DNA of 64,000 bases from an uncultured Gemmatimonadaceae bacterium (GCA_963817955.1 CAWFQK010000002.1:256001-320000); one strand, 5' to 3'. Numbered from the stretch's first letter, positions 8,095 through 19,090 are shown. The notes: generated by a model not told the origin, from the letters alone. Program-made: numbers and translations.

Positions 8095-10596
8095 TCACTC
8101 AGTCCGTAACGCCACCTGCGGATCGACGCGCGACGCTCGCCGCGCGGGTATCCAACTGGCCGCGATGACGACGGTGAGCAGCGTCAGCGTCACGAACGCG
8201 AACACCACCGGGTCGTTTGGCGACTCGTTGAACAGGAGCGGCTTCACCCACCGCGCCGCAGACAGCGCGGCGATCGCGCCAACGGCCAGGCCGATGGCGC
8301 CGATCGTCACGCCGTCGCGCACCACGAGCGTAATCACGTCCCGGGCCTGTGCCCCGAGCGCGACACGCACACCCATCTCGTGCGTCCGCTGCGCCACGTT
8401 GTAGGCAATCACGCTGTACAATCCCACGGCGGCGAGCACCAGCGCGAGCAGGCCGAACGCAACGAACATCGTGGCGCCCAGCTCCCACGACTTGGTCACG
8501 GACCCGACAATCTCTCGGAACGGCGTCGTGGTCACGTACGACGCACCGGGCATTTCTCGCTGGAGGCGGCGGCGTACGGCATCAACCGAATGGCTGGCGT
8601 CGCCGACCACGCGGAGCGCCAATCCTCCCCTGGCCGTGAACTGCGTCGCCGGCAGGTAGTACATATACACGCCCGAGTCGCTGCTGATGCTCTGCTGCCG
8701 GATGTCCTCGGCGACGCCCACCACCGTCGTGCACGGCACTGTGTCCGCGTTGACGCGCATGCATTGCCCGATCGCGTCGCGTCCCGGCCAGAGCGTCTTT
8801 GCCATACCCTGGCTCACGACGGCAACCTTGGGTGCGAGCGGAGAGTCGCCATCGACGAACCCGCGCCCGCGTACGATGCGCGTGCCGAACGTTGCGAAGT
8901 AGTCCGGGCTCACCGAGTTGAGATTGAATTGGCCAAGCCGGCTCGTTGTGTCGATCCCCTGCACGAACAGTCCTACGCTCCACGAGCTCCAGAACGGCAC
9001 CGCGGCATTCAGGCTTGCATGCGTGACGCCGGGAATCGTCTTCGCGGCATCGAGTAGGCGTTGGTCGAGCTGCGCCTTGCGCGCGCTGTCGAGCGTCACG
9101 CCGCGCATGTTGAGGTTGACGAGCATCACCTGGTCCACGTCGTATCCGAGACGGAGCGACCGAACGTGATCCAGGCTGCGCACGAACAGGCCGGCGCCCA
9201 CGAGGAGCACCACGGACAACGCCGCCTGTAACACGAGCAACACGGCGCGGAGCCGCGACCGCGCGTTCGTCCCTTCGCGCGCGCCCGATTTGAGATCGTC
9301 CACCAGGCTCTCGTTGGCGCGCGACGTCTGCAACATGGGCGCGACGCCGCTCAGGAGACCGACGACCACCGCCGCGATGCCGGCGAAGAGCACCGTGCGC
9401 GGATCCCGGAAGACCATCGTCGGCGCCGACGTGGTGAGAAGCACCGCGCGCAGCGCCGCGCCACCCCACTGCGCCACGAGCAATCCGGCAACGCCGCCAA
9501 TGCACGCAAGCAGTACGCTTTCCGTGAGCAACTGGAAGAAGAGCCGCCCGCGACTCACGCCGAGCGCTATGCGAACCGCCACTTCGCGCCGCCGACGTAA
9601 CGCACGGGCGAGCAGCAGATTCGCCACATTCGCGCAGGCAATGAGCAGGACCACGAGCGACACGCCGCCCACCCATGTCGCCACCTTCGCGAGGCTCGAT
9701 TCATTCGGTCCGCGCTCGGAGAGAATCGATGCGGCAATGGCGTGCGGCTTGGCGAGCGCGATCGGTGTGTTGCCTTTGTGTTCCTCGAGCTGAAGCAGAT
9801 AGCTCTGCCGCGCCGCGTTTGTGAGGTCGGCGTTTGCGCGATCTAGCGTCACGCCAGGCTTGCGTCGCACCACCATCGACATCCAACTCCAACTGTACGT
9901 CTTCGGCCAGGTGAGGCCGTTCTTCAGCCAAAGGAATCCCTGCGCCTGCGTTCCGGCGAAGTTGGTGATCGGAATGAACGCGACTGGCGGTTGGTCGGGC
10001 CACAGGCCGACGAATCCGGCCGGTGCGACACCGATTACGGTGAAGATCGTTGGGCCGATTTGTACCTTGCTGCCCAGAGCATCCTTCCGCTCGCCGAAGT
10101 GTGTGCTCCAGAACGCGTGACTCAGCACCACAACGGGCTGACCCTCCGGCGGCAAGTCTTCCCCGGCCGCAAAGTAGCGGCCGAGCGCAGGGGGCGCGTC
10201 AAAGAACGAAAAGAAACTCGCGCTCACCGCGCCGATCGACATCTCGCGAGCCGACTCGCCAACGCCCACCGCGAGATCCCGCCGCGTGTAGGCAGCCGTG
10301 CCGCTGAACGACGTCGTGAACTTCGACAAGTCTACGTAGCGCGCGTACGGATACCCCCCCGCCGCGCGCTCCTTTCCGCGAAAAGACGAGTAGTAATAGA
10401 CGCGGTGCGCCGTTTGCGGATCGCGCAACATCGGCGGCGGCCGAAAGAGCATCCGGTCCACGATGCCGAACATCGCGGCGTTTGCCCCTATTCCAAGCGC
10501 GAGGGTAAGGACGACGGCAATGGTGAACCCCGGCTTCGCGCGAAGTCCGCGCAGGGTGTAGCGCACGTCCTGACGAAACGCCTCGAGCATGGTCAT
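8095..10596 (-). CDS. ADOP-family duplicated ABC permease (MacB_PCD/FtsX x2)
   Basis: QDVRYTLRGLRAKPGF, LIACANVANLLLAR, RTHEMGVRVALGA, PARRASRVDP. Confidence 0.93.
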   Translation of the reverse strand: MTMLEAFRQDVRYTLRGLRAKPGFTIAVVLTLALGIGANAAMFGIVDRMLFRPPPMLRDPQTAHRVYYYSSFRGKERAAGGYPYARYVDLSKFTTSFSGTAAYTRRDLAVGVGESAREMSIGAVSASFFSFFDAPPALGRYFAAGEDLPPEGQPVVVLSHAFWSTHFGERKDALGSKVQIGPTIFTVIGVAPAGFVGLWPDQPPVAFIPITNFAGTQAQGFLWLKNGLTWPKTYSWSWMSMVVRRKPGVTLDRANADLTNAARQSYLLQLEEHKGNTPIALAKPHAIAASILSERGPNESSLAKVATWVGGVSLVVLLIACANVANLLLARALRRRREVAVRIALGVSRGRLFFQLLTESVLLACIGGVAGLLVAQWGGAALRAVLLTTSAPTMVFRDPRTVLFAGIAAVVVGLLSGVAPMLQTSRANESLVDDLKSGAREGTNARSRLRAVLLVLQAALSVVLLVGAGLFVRSLDHVRSLRLGYDVDQVMLVNLNMRGVTLDSARKAQLDQRLLDAAKTIPGVTHASLNAAVPFWSSWSVGLFVQGIDTTSRLGQFNLNSVSPDYFATFGTRIVRGRGFVDGDSPLAPKVAVVSQGMAKTLWPGRDAIGQCMRVNADTVPCTTVVGVAEDIRQQSISSDSGVYMYYLPATQFTARGGLALRVVGDASHSVDAVRRRLQREMPGASYVTTTPFREIVGSVTKSWELGATMFVAFGLLALVLAAVGLYSVIAYNVAQRTHEMGVRVALGAQARDVITLVVRDGVTIGAIGLAVGAIAALSAARWVKPLLFNESPNDPVVFAFVTLTLLTVVIAASWIPARRASRVDPQVALRTE

Positions 10597-10636
10597 CCGC
10601 GTCCTGTAGAAGTTGTCCGAGGTTGGACACCACGAG

Positions 10637-11056
10637 TCACCCGACAGTTGTGTCGAGAATCGCCGGATCCGACTCCCCGGATACATCCGCATCCCGCTCA
10701 ACCTGTGGCGCCGCGACTTCCCCCCCGAGCCGATTGCTGCGCTGTCGGCGAGTCGAAACACGCTGTGGCAGGCGCTCGTCCTCAAGGATGAGCCCGACGA
10801 TGTCGGTTTCAGTCGCCGCCAGACGACCGACGCGGTCTCCGAGTCCCAGCACCCAAAGCACCGTTGCATAGACTCCAAGACTGACCCCCGGATCGCCCCG
10901 CTCGACGCGCAGCAGCGTCGGACGACTGTTCTGCGCCCGCTCGGCGACCATCGTCGTCGTGAGACGCCGACGTCGACGGGCGTGCTGAATGTCCACGCCG
11001 AGGCTAGCCAGGGCGCTGCGGACAGCAATGGGGAGAAGTGGCGTCTTCCTTGGCAC
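10637..11056 (-). CDS. XRE-family HTH protein (HipB-like); no adjacent toxin gene
   Basis: LGVDIQHARRRRRLTTTMVAERAQNSRPTLLRVERGDPGVSLGVYATVLWVLGL..EDERLPQRV; GTG start. Confidence 0.8.
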   Translation of the reverse strand: MPRKTPLLPIAVRSALASLGVDIQHARRRRRLTTTMVAERAQNSRPTLLRVERGDPGVSLGVYATVLWVLGLGDRVGRLAATETDIVGLILEDERLPQRVSTRRQRSNRLGGEVAAPQVERDADVSGESDPAILDTTVG

Positions 11057-11155
11057 GCACTAAAGCGACATATCTTTTACGCTACCTGGAATAGCGCAAA
11101 ATATATCTTCCCGTGGCGCTGCGAACAGCGTTTGATGCAACCGCCCATGCGGTTG

Positions 11156-11344
11156 CTACCGGCTCAGGCCGATCTGCTGCATGAACGACACGAGCGTGAC
11201 CACGACGTTGTGCCGGTGTCGCGCCCCGAACACCTTCATGACCTGCGCGTTCCACGCATCGTCGAGCGTTTGCGTCAACTCCATGTTGTGAGCCTCGCGA
11301 GACGACGTGCTCGCGGTGGTCTCACGTGCATCTGTTACGCTCAT
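11156..11344 (-). pseudogene. Ester cyclase/SnoaL-like gene collapsed by internal deletion
   Basis: N-terminal NMELTQTLDDAWNAQ..F..RH joined directly to C-terminal-like LVSFMQQIGLS; only 62 codons. Confidence 0.6.
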
Positions 11345-11374
11345 GCTTGGTATAGCGCGTTGTTTGAGGCGCTG

Positions 11375-12316
11375 TCACACACCTGGGCGCTCGAGCGCTG
11401 CGCGATCCCAACGCCCCAGCGTCGCCGCCGTGTCATACGTGCTGTTGAAGAAAGCGAGCAGCGCGCGGTCGGACTCGTCCGCCGTGCGCACCGCATCATG
11501 CGGTAAGATCCACTCGCGGAGAACCGGGTGATACGCACCAGCGGCGGGAAGAATGGGTGCGGCGGCGCAGCCGGCCGGCTCGGGATACGCATACGCGTAA
11601 AACGCGGGCTCATCCACTACGCCGCCCCCAGGCCACCAACCTGCGCTGATGCACTCGTGCGAATACGCCTCGCGCGTCACGTAATCCGGGCAGTTTGGCA
11701 CGCCCCCTGGATGCGGCGGTGCGCGCCGGCCTGAGAACCGCGTGCACGACAGATCGAAGCTCCCCCACCAGAAGTGTACTGGGCTGCACTTGCCCAGGAA
11801 GCCGCTTCTGAACACGTGCAACAGACGGTTGGCTTGTATCAGCACCCGCCAGAACTCCCGTGCGGCGCCCGCGTCGTACGCACCGTGGATCTCATCCTGA
11901 TCGAAGGGAATGACGTCCGGCAATTCCACGGGACGCGCGTGAATGCTCACGGGCACGCCGAGCGCGTGCAGCGCCCCCATCGTCTCATGATAGAAGTCCG
12001 CCACCGAGCGCGGTGCCAGTGCCACGTCGCGTCTCCCGCCCGCGCTGGTCTCGATGCAGAGTGTCTCATTCAGGAAATCGAACCGCACCTCAACAGCCTG
12101 ACCATTGTACGGCATTGCCGACGTGGTCAGTCCACGGGCGTCAACGTAGAGCGTGACCTGCCACCAGTGATTCACCATCGGCGCCAGCGCGAGCCGTATC
12201 TTGCCGACGATCTGCGTCCACAGATGCAGCGTATCCTTCGTCTCGCGCCAGGATGCGAGTGGCAGTACCGGCCATGCTCCGCCCGACGCCGGAATCACCG
12301 ACGCGGGCAGACTCAC
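11375..12316 (-). CDS. DUF5996 family protein
   Basis: WRETKDTLHLWTQIVGKIRLALAPMVNHWW, PVHFWWGSFDL, EAYSHE.ISAGWWPG, PAFYAYAYPEP; GTGA overlap with upstream gene. Confidence 0.9.
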   Translation of the reverse strand: MSLPASVIPASGGAWPVLPLASWRETKDTLHLWTQIVGKIRLALAPMVNHWWQVTLYVDARGLTTSAMPYNGQAVEVRFDFLNETLCIETSAGGRRDVALAPRSVADFYHETMGALHALGVPVSIHARPVELPDVIPFDQDEIHGAYDAGAAREFWRVLIQANRLLHVFRSGFLGKCSPVHFWWGSFDLSCTRFSGRRAPPHPGGVPNCPDYVTREAYSHECISAGWWPGGGVVDEPAFYAYAYPEPAGCAAAPILPAAGAYHPVLREWILPHDAVRTADESDRALLAFFNSTYDTAATLGRWDRAALERPGV

Positions 12317-12609
12317 CGTGACTGCCGCGCCGGCACGGGGGCAGGCTCGATGACGAGATCGTCGACGTAGCACCATCCCCAGTCCTCGCCTGGCTCGAAG
12401 CTCCGAATGACTGGGTGGGACGTGGCGTGGAAGTGCTTCGTCGCATGCTTGCCGGGGGAATTGTCACAGCAGCCGACATGGCCGCACGTGAGGCAGAGCC
12501 GGAGGTGGACCCACCGACCACCCGTTTTCAAGCATTCTTCGCAGCCTTGCGGCGTGCGGGGCGTGACGTCGTGGACTTGATCCAGGTGCGTGCACTGGGT
12601 GGCGCCCAT
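12313..12609 (-). CDS. UBP-type zinc finger protein
   Basis: CTHLD..GCEECL..WVHLRLCLTCGHVGCCDNSPGKHATKHF..EPGEDWGWCYVD. Confidence 0.93.
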   Translation of the reverse strand: MGATQCTHLDQVHDVTPRTPQGCEECLKTGGRWVHLRLCLTCGHVGCCDNSPGKHATKHFHATSHPVIRSFEPGEDWGWCYVDDLVIEPAPVPARQSR

Positions 12610-12611
12610 GG

Positions 12612-13178
12612 CTATTCGCCGTCCTTCACGAACTGTACTTCGCCCTCGATTCGCACCTTGTTCGCGACGAGCACACCGCCCGTCTCGATCGCCTGGTTCC
12701 ACTTGAGTCCCCACTCGCGCCGATCGATCTCCCCGCGGAAGCTGAACCCCGCGCGCGTCTTGCCCCAGGGGTCCTTCCCACGACCCTGGTATTCGCAGTC
12801 GAGCACGACCTCCATCGGCGTGTCTCGAATCGTCAGCATGCCAACGAGACGGAAGCGGTCGCCTTCCTCGTGCGGCGCATCGCCGTCGATGCGCGTACTG
12901 CGGAACGTGATCGTAGAGTGGTTGTCCGCGTCGAAGAAATCGGCACTGCGCAGGTGCGCGTCGCGATCGGCGACCCCGGTGTCAATGCTCGCCACTTGAA
13001 GCGTCACGTCGACGCCAACCTCATCCGGGTGCTCACGGTCGCCGCGAAGCGTTGCCTGAACGTCCTTGAAGCGGCCTCGCACAGTGGTCATCATCATGTG
13101 CTTCACCGTGAACTCAACGCTCGAGTGCGCCGGATCGAGCTGCCAGGTAGTCGTCGCCGTGTGCGAGCTGGAAGCCAT
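12612..13178 (-). CDS. YceI family protein
   Basis: WQLDPAHSSVEFTVKHMM, SIDTGVADRDAHLRSADFFD, DPWG..RAGF; RBS GAGGAGG. Confidence 0.95.
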   Translation of the reverse strand: MASSSHTATTTWQLDPAHSSVEFTVKHMMMTTVRGRFKDVQATLRGDREHPDEVGVDVTLQVASIDTGVADRDAHLRSADFFDADNHSTITFRSTRIDGDAPHEEGDRFRLVGMLTIRDTPMEVVLDCEYQGRGKDPWGKTRAGFSFRGEIDRREWGLKWNQAIETGGVLVANKVRIEGEVQFVKDGE

Positions 13179-13394
13179 ATATCCCTCCTCACTGGTGTGA
13201 TGCCGCTGCCGTAGAACACCTCGGACCGCGCGAGGATCGTACCACGCGACGTCGGACACCTCGACTCACGTCAGTAGGCACCGCGCATCGAGCTCAGCGC
13301 TGCGGGTCGCTTGCTGTGTGGCTTACCGACGAGGTCGGAGCACTGTGCCCGTTGTGCGCTTCTTGGGGCATGGAATCGTCGTCGACGACATCGA

Positions 13395-13994
13395 TCATTC
13401 CTCCGGACTGCGGGCCCTCAAAGCACGCTCCATCAAGTCGGACACGTCCAATCTCCCCGCCCATTCGCATAGATAGGCGCCGTCGAGTCGAGTTGATTGG
13501 GCGTTCACGATCCCGACCACATCACGCCACTGTCGTTCCGATGCGTGTCCACCACGCCGATACCACTCCAGCTTCCGCAGTATCGTATCCTCCGCGGTGT
13601 CGACGAACAGGGTGACCGCCTCGGAACCGCTCGAGAACACGACGGGCACCCGTCGCTTCAGGCGCTCGCGATCGAATGCATCAACGCCAGCGACAAAGAT
13701 GTCGGCCTTCACGGCGGTAGGCACGTGGATGACGTTGAATGCGCCGCCCGCGCCGACTGCTTCGGCAACCGCGTCGCGAGAGACATACCACTCGGCACCG
13801 ATCGCATCGACGAAGGCATCCACGTCGCCCTGGTGAAGATCGGCGACCATGTCGATATCGTTCGTCGAACGTGGTTCGCCGTGAACCGAGCTGGCAAACG
13901 AACCGCCGATGACGTACGAGACGCCGATTCGAGTCAAACAATCGGCGATGTGACTCGCTACTGCGATCGGCTCCGGGAGCGAATCAGGCGCCAT
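13395..13994 (-). CDS. Putative nucleotidyltransferase (MNT/DNA pol beta-like)
   Basis: YVIGGSFASSVHGEPRSTNDID (GS..DxD motif), EDTILRKLEW, SERQWRDV. Confidence 0.7.
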   Translation of the reverse strand: MAPDSLPEPIAVASHIADCLTRIGVSYVIGGSFASSVHGEPRSTNDIDMVADLHQGDVDAFVDAIGAEWYVSRDAVAEAVGAGGAFNVIHVPTAVKADIFVAGVDAFDRERLKRRVPVVFSSGSEAVTLFVDTAEDTILRKLEWYRRGGHASERQWRDVVGIVNAQSTRLDGAYLCEWAGRLDVSDLMERALRARSPEE

Positions 13995-14241
13995 CCCGAG
14001 CGCCATAAACGCGATCAACTAGCTCATCACCCAACCGCAACCGGGCGAGCCGCAGGAGAAGCTCCTCTCGCGATTCGTCCGGATAGCGCGACGCCAGGCC
14101 GGCAAGCGCGAGTCGGCTTACCGCCAGCGTCAACTCGCTCATTCGCGTCAGCTTCTCAGCCGCCGTCATCGACGCATAAAGCTGTTGCTGCACTCTCCGC
14201 GCGTCGGCGGATGTATCGTCAAGCCGTGGTGGTCGGACCAT
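13984..14241 (-). CDS. Small helical protein coupled to the nucleotidyltransferase (putative TA partner)
   Basis: DTSADARRVQ..MTAAEKL..AGLASRYP; 11-nt overlap with the downstream NTase gene. Confidence 0.65.
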   Translation of the reverse strand: MVRPPRLDDTSADARRVQQQLYASMTAAEKLTRMSELTLAVSRLALAGLASRYPDESREELLLRLARLRLGDELVDRVYGARDGA

Positions 14242-14290
14242 AGAAGTGAATATACGGGTCCGTCCGAGATCGCAGCCAATCCCTGCGCTG

Positions 14291-15652
14291 CTACACCAGT
14301 GGCCCGGCGGCACGGTCGACACCGGCGAGCGCCTTGCGAATTGTGGTACGTCGCGGCCGCGGCACGCCCGCCGCCTCGGCGAACTCGGGCCAGCGCTCGA
14401 CAGCGGCGCTTACCTCCTCCATGATCCCGCGCACGCGCGCGGCAGGAACGGCCCCAACTTCCTGTGCCAGCTCTTGCATACCAGCACGCGTCGGCCGCGC
14501 ACCGTTTCCATTGATGGAGGTCGTGTGCTCACCGTTCATGCCTGCGGAGAACGTGAGATCGTACGCTGGCGAGAGGCACCACTCGCCCACGGCGTTCATC
14601 GTGTACGCGAAGTTCCGCACGTGGTCGTCCCGATTGTGCGCGAGCACATTGAACACCATGCGCCGCACCGCCTCCGCGGCTTCCGCCACACTCTGGGTTA
14701 GCTGTAGGGTCGCGGAGAGGAAGTCCCTATAGTCGCAGGATGGCGTCCTATAGTCGGAGTGGATCAGACCGCCGAGTGTGTGAACATGAACACGCTGCGC
14801 GAAGCCCGGGCCCACGCGATCGAAGCGCCGGATACCGAAGAACCGGCGGCCATCCGGCACCTCGAAGAGAAACGTCGGCGGCATCACGATCCCTGCTGCA
14901 CGAGCCATCGCCGCATACGCTGATTCCACTGCGCCGGCATCAGGTCCATCCGGCTGCGCAGGGAACTTGATGATCCACGGCTCGTAGCCCTCGGGGGTCT
15001 CGAGCGCCCGACCCGCGAGCTCCGGATAGCCACCCGCTACCACCTTGGGCGAACCCCCGCCGGCGTCGTCGGCAAACGCGACAGCAGCCAGCACCTTTGG
15101 ACGCGCCCCACCTGGCGAGCCACCGCCAGCAAGGAGTGCGGGTAACACCTGTTCAGCGACACCCTGATACAGCCGCGCGGCATGGTCGGCCACTTCAGCG
15201 AGTTCGGGTCGCCAGCGCCACTGATCGTTTGGTTCCTCAGCGCGTTCGGCGACGGGAGCAGAACGCGCGGCATCTGCATCCGGATCGAGCTCAATCACGG
15301 GATCGAATGCGAGGGCCCCAATTCCCGATAACCCTACCGCCGCGAGTCGGTCGAGCGGCGTGATCTCGTGTTGGGCGATGCCAAGCCTGCCAAATGCGCG
15401 ATCCTGCAGGAGTCGTCCCCATCCGTCAGGCATCGCATCGAAGAAAATGCCGTGCAGCTGCTCGAAGTCGCGGTCCGGATGCTCCTGAATGCCAGCACGG
15501 CGCTCGAGCGCGAAGGGCGACACCGGCAGCCAGTCCGCCAGGAACTCGGGAGCGAACTCGAAGAAGATGCGTGGGCCATCCGCCGCGAGCGTGCCGAGGG
15601 GTCGAGGGACCGCAGGGTCAAAGACGAGATTGACGCGGAGCCTCCGCATCAC
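14291..15652 (-). CDS. hipA: Type II toxin HipA (Ser/Thr kinase-like)
   Basis: HipA_N motif DAMPDGWGR; GSPGGARPK P-loop; WIIKF, RRFDR, HNRDDHVRNF, LSPAYDL. Confidence 0.93.
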   Translation of the reverse strand: MMRRLRVNLVFDPAVPRPLGTLAADGPRIFFEFAPEFLADWLPVSPFALERRAGIQEHPDRDFEQLHGIFFDAMPDGWGRLLQDRAFGRLGIAQHEITPLDRLAAVGLSGIGALAFDPVIELDPDADAARSAPVAERAEEPNDQWRWRPELAEVADHAARLYQGVAEQVLPALLAGGGSPGGARPKVLAAVAFADDAGGGSPKVVAGGYPELAGRALETPEGYEPWIIKFPAQPDGPDAGAVESAYAAMARAAGIVMPPTFLFEVPDGRRFFGIRRFDRVGPGFAQRVHVHTLGGLIHSDYRTPSCDYRDFLSATLQLTQSVAEAAEAVRRMVFNVLAHNRDDHVRNFAYTMNAVGEWCLSPAYDLTFSAGMNGEHTTSINGNGARPTRAGMQELAQEVGAVPAARVRGIMEEVSAAVERWPEFAEAAGVPRPRRTTIRKALAGVDRAAGPLV

Positions 15653-16032
15653 CGTTTCTGGTCTCGCGGCGCGCCTGTCGCAGTCGACGCAGACTCAATT
15701 TCTTGGGCGCGCGCGCGCTGCCGAGGTGCGCGCACACGCGTGGCGGTGGCCCGCGCATCCTCCAGCGCGTCCAAGCTCAGCGCCGCGACCGCCGGCTCGG
15801 CGAACAGAGTCTCCCATTCGGCGAGCGTGCCAAGCGCGAAGGCAATCCGCAGCAGGCTCTCGATGGTGCCCTGACCAGTCTGCTCAAACCGCTTGACAGT
15901 ATCCCTCGAAACCCCGGCCTTTGCCGCGAGAGCCTCGCGACTGAGCCCGCCTGCGATTCGCCGCTGGCGTACGCGCTTGGACATCGACACAGCCACAGAC
16001 AATGGCGTCCGCGAGACGGTGGATATTTTCAC
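15649..16032 (-). CDS. HipB-like XRE HTH antitoxin (start uncertain)
   Basis: RVRQRRIAGGLSREALAAKAGVSRDTVKRFEQTGQGTIESLLRIAFALG; GTGA overlap with hipA. Confidence 0.85.
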   Translation of the reverse strand: MKISTVSRTPLSVAVSMSKRVRQRRIAGGLSREALAAKAGVSRDTVKRFEQTGQGTIESLLRIAFALGTLAEWETLFAEPAVAALSLDALEDARATATRVRAPRQRARAQEIESASTATGAPRDQKR

Positions 16033-16174
16033 CTTTACCTCACTGAGTGAGATGTAACGGCGTAATTTACCGCCTTTAGCGATTATGCGTACCCCAGGCT
16101 GGCCGGCGCGAATAGCCTTCTTCAAGAGTACGGTGACGTGGGATCCACCGCAGTACGGGATCTCATGACCTACA

Positions 16175-18891
16175 TCACGCCTCGGTTCGTAGCGCGACTG
16201 CCGGATCCACACGCGTCGCACGCCAGGCGGGCACCGCCGCGGCAATGCAGGCGACCACAATGAGTACGACGCTGGAGCCGATGATGATCGTCGGGTCGCG
16301 CGGTGAGACGTCGTACAACAGCGGCGTGACCAGGCGGCCGAGTACCAGCGCGAGCACGATGCCGACGCCAATGCCCGTGACCGTAAGCGCGATGCCCGAG
16401 CGGATCACCACCCGTGCCACGTCCGTCGCGCGCGCGCCAAGCGCCATGCGCACGCCAATTTCGTGCGTCCGCCGCGCGGTGCTGTACGTCAAGGCGCTGT
16501 ACACGCCAATGGCCGCCACGAGCAGCGCGAGTCCGGCGAGTGCACTGAAGAGCCAGGCGCCGAGTCGCCACGCGTGGAATCGCGGCGAGAGCATTTCCGA
16601 CATGATGATGATCTGCGGTTTTTGGTCACCACTCCGTCCGCCAGCGATCACCCGGATGGCAGCAGCGACGTCGCCGGTACGGCCAGGCGCAGCACGGACG
16701 GCGATCCACGAGGACCCGAACATGGCGACCGGCGGCGCGCCGACCGGCAGGTAGTACGCCGGCTTGGCTTGCTCGGTTACGGACATGTTCCGGCCGTTCT
16801 CGACGACGCCGACGATCGTATAGCACGGAGTAGTCTTTTTCGTGAATCGTAGGCATTGGCCAATTGCATCGACGCCGGGCCAGAAGATCCGCGCCATCTC
16901 CTCGTTGATCATCACCTCGAAAGGCGCGCGGTCGCCGATGGGTTCCGCGAACACCCGTCCGCGAAGCAGGCGCATGCCCGCGGTCGAGAAGAACGAGGCC
17001 GAAACCGGTGTGACGATCGGGAAAGGCTGGTTTCCATACCGCAGCGAGTCGCCGCTCGTGCGGAACAGGGTCCCGAGGAAGCTGAAGCCCCGCATCGGCG
17101 GATTGCTGACGATGGCCGTGCGCTGCACGTCGGGCAGGCGCCCGAGGCGCGCTTCCAGCTCTCGCGCGTTCGCCATCTCAACGGTGGGTTCGACGCTTGA
17201 AGGCGCGGCGGCCCTCACGAACACGAGCTGGTCGACGTCATAGCCGATTCGCTGCGAGGCGACGTTTTGCAGCGATCGGACAAACAGGCCGGCGCCGATG
17301 ACGAGAACGGCCGCGAGCCCCGACTGCGCAACAACGAGCAGCGAGCGCAGGCGCGACCGCCGTCCCCCACCCTCGCGCGCGCCCGATTTGAGCGCGGCAT
17401 TCAGGTCCGTGCGCGTGGACTGGAGCGCGGGAGCGACGGCGGTTACACACGCCGTCAGCAGCGCGGCAGCGGAGGTGAAGAGGATGATGCGGGCGCCGTG
17501 AACGTCTGGCTGCCAGTGCGCCTCCGGGAGCAGCAGCGCTCGAAGCAGGCCGCTCGCCCACGTTGCCGCCAGGAACGCGCCCGCCGCCGCGAGCGCCGCG
17601 AGCAGAGCGCCGCGAGCAGAGCGCACTCGGCGAACAGCATGCGCGCGAGTCGCGAGCGCGAGATGCCCATGGCGAGGCGCACCGCGATCTCACGCCGCCG
17701 CTCCATGGCTCTCGCGAGCAGGAGGTTCGCGACGTTCGCGCATGCGATCACGAGCACCATCAGCGCGACGACGGCAATGCGGGCGGCGAGAGAGAGTTCC
17801 TGGTCTTGCTTCGCCGGTCCACGCGACTCGATCAGTGAGCCCGGCGCGATGCTGGCGAGCGAATCCGACCGGCGGGCTTCGCGCGCATCGCGGCGGGCTC
17901 CGGTCGTGGCATGCGCCGCAACCTGACGGCTGCTGGTCTCGCGCGCCGGGCGCGCCACTACGCGCAGAAAATACGTGTTGCGCTCCTCGTACCAGGGCGG
18001 TCCCGTCTGCACCGAACTGCGAGCAGAGAACCCTGCGAAGGTGGCCAGCGGTCGCCAGAAGTCCACTTCGTCCAGGTCCACGCCTGTGAAGCCCCTCTCG
18101 GCTACACCGATGATCGTGTTCTGGACGTTGCCCACCCGGAGCTTGCGGCCGATCACGGCGCTGTCGCCGCGGAATCGCCTCTGCCAGTAGTCGTAGCTCA
18201 GCACGAGGGCATATACGGGTTGCGCGAGGCGCTCCTCATCGGGCGCGAACAACCGGCCGAGGGCGGGATGCACGCCGAGCAAGGGGAAATAGCCGGCGTC
18301 CACGAAGGACGAGAACACCTCACCGCCAGAGTCATCGTCGACATTGGTTTTCAAAGGCGGGGCGTAAGCCGTAACGGCGGCAAGCGGGCCGATGGCGTCG
18401 CGAATGGCCCCGTACTTCGGGTAGTTGTACACCGGAATGGCTGGCATGCCGGCGTCGGGATGTTGCGGAATCTCATACAGTCGCAACACACCGTCCGGCT
18501 GCACCACGCCGTCTGGCATCCGGAAGAACACCCGGTCCAGCACCGAAAAGATCGTGGCGTTGGCGCCGAGTCCCGCCGCGAGCGTGAGCACGATGGCGAT
18601 CGTCACGCCTGGCGTTCGGGCGAGCGAGCGCACCCCATACCGCACGTCAGTCAGAAGGTCCTCGATCCAGGCGAGGCGCCGCACGTCACGGTGCCCCTCC
18701 CGCACCTGCTGCACGCCGCCGAAGTGCGCCAGCGCGAGCCGGCGCGCTTCGGCCGCAGGAATCCCGGCGCGCATCTTCTGCTCGGTTTCCATGTCGATGT
18801 GAAACCGGATCTCCTCGTCGAGTGCGGCGTCCGCCATGCGAGGCCTGAGGAGCGCGCTGGCCCTCGCGACTAGCCCACCAAAGGCGCTCAT
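16175..18891 (-). pseudogene. ADOP-family ABC permease, frameshifted by a 14-bp tandem duplication
   Basis: Halves in ORFs 17455-19143 and 16175-17626; GAGCGCCGCGAGCA occurs twice at 17591-17618; removing one copy restores ECALLAALAAAGAF. Confidence 0.88.
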
Positions 18892-18892
18892 G

Positions 18893-19090
18893 TCACGCTC
18901 CGCTCGTCGCGAGGATGGATTCGACCGCCTCCACGTAGTGCCGCCAGCTTGCCGTCTCAGCCCCCACGGCTTTGCGGCCCGACGCGGTGAGGCGGTAGTA
19001 CCTGGCGCGCCGATTGTTCTCGCTGGTCCGCCACTCGCTCGCCACCCAGCCCTTCTGCTCCAGCCGCTGGAGCGCCGGATAGAGCGAAGC
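18893..19090 (-). pseudogene. PadR-family regulator, 5'-truncated
   Basis: Manual translation [52 protein letters not shown]; no start codon; begins immediately after the secB-like stop. Confidence 0.85.
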
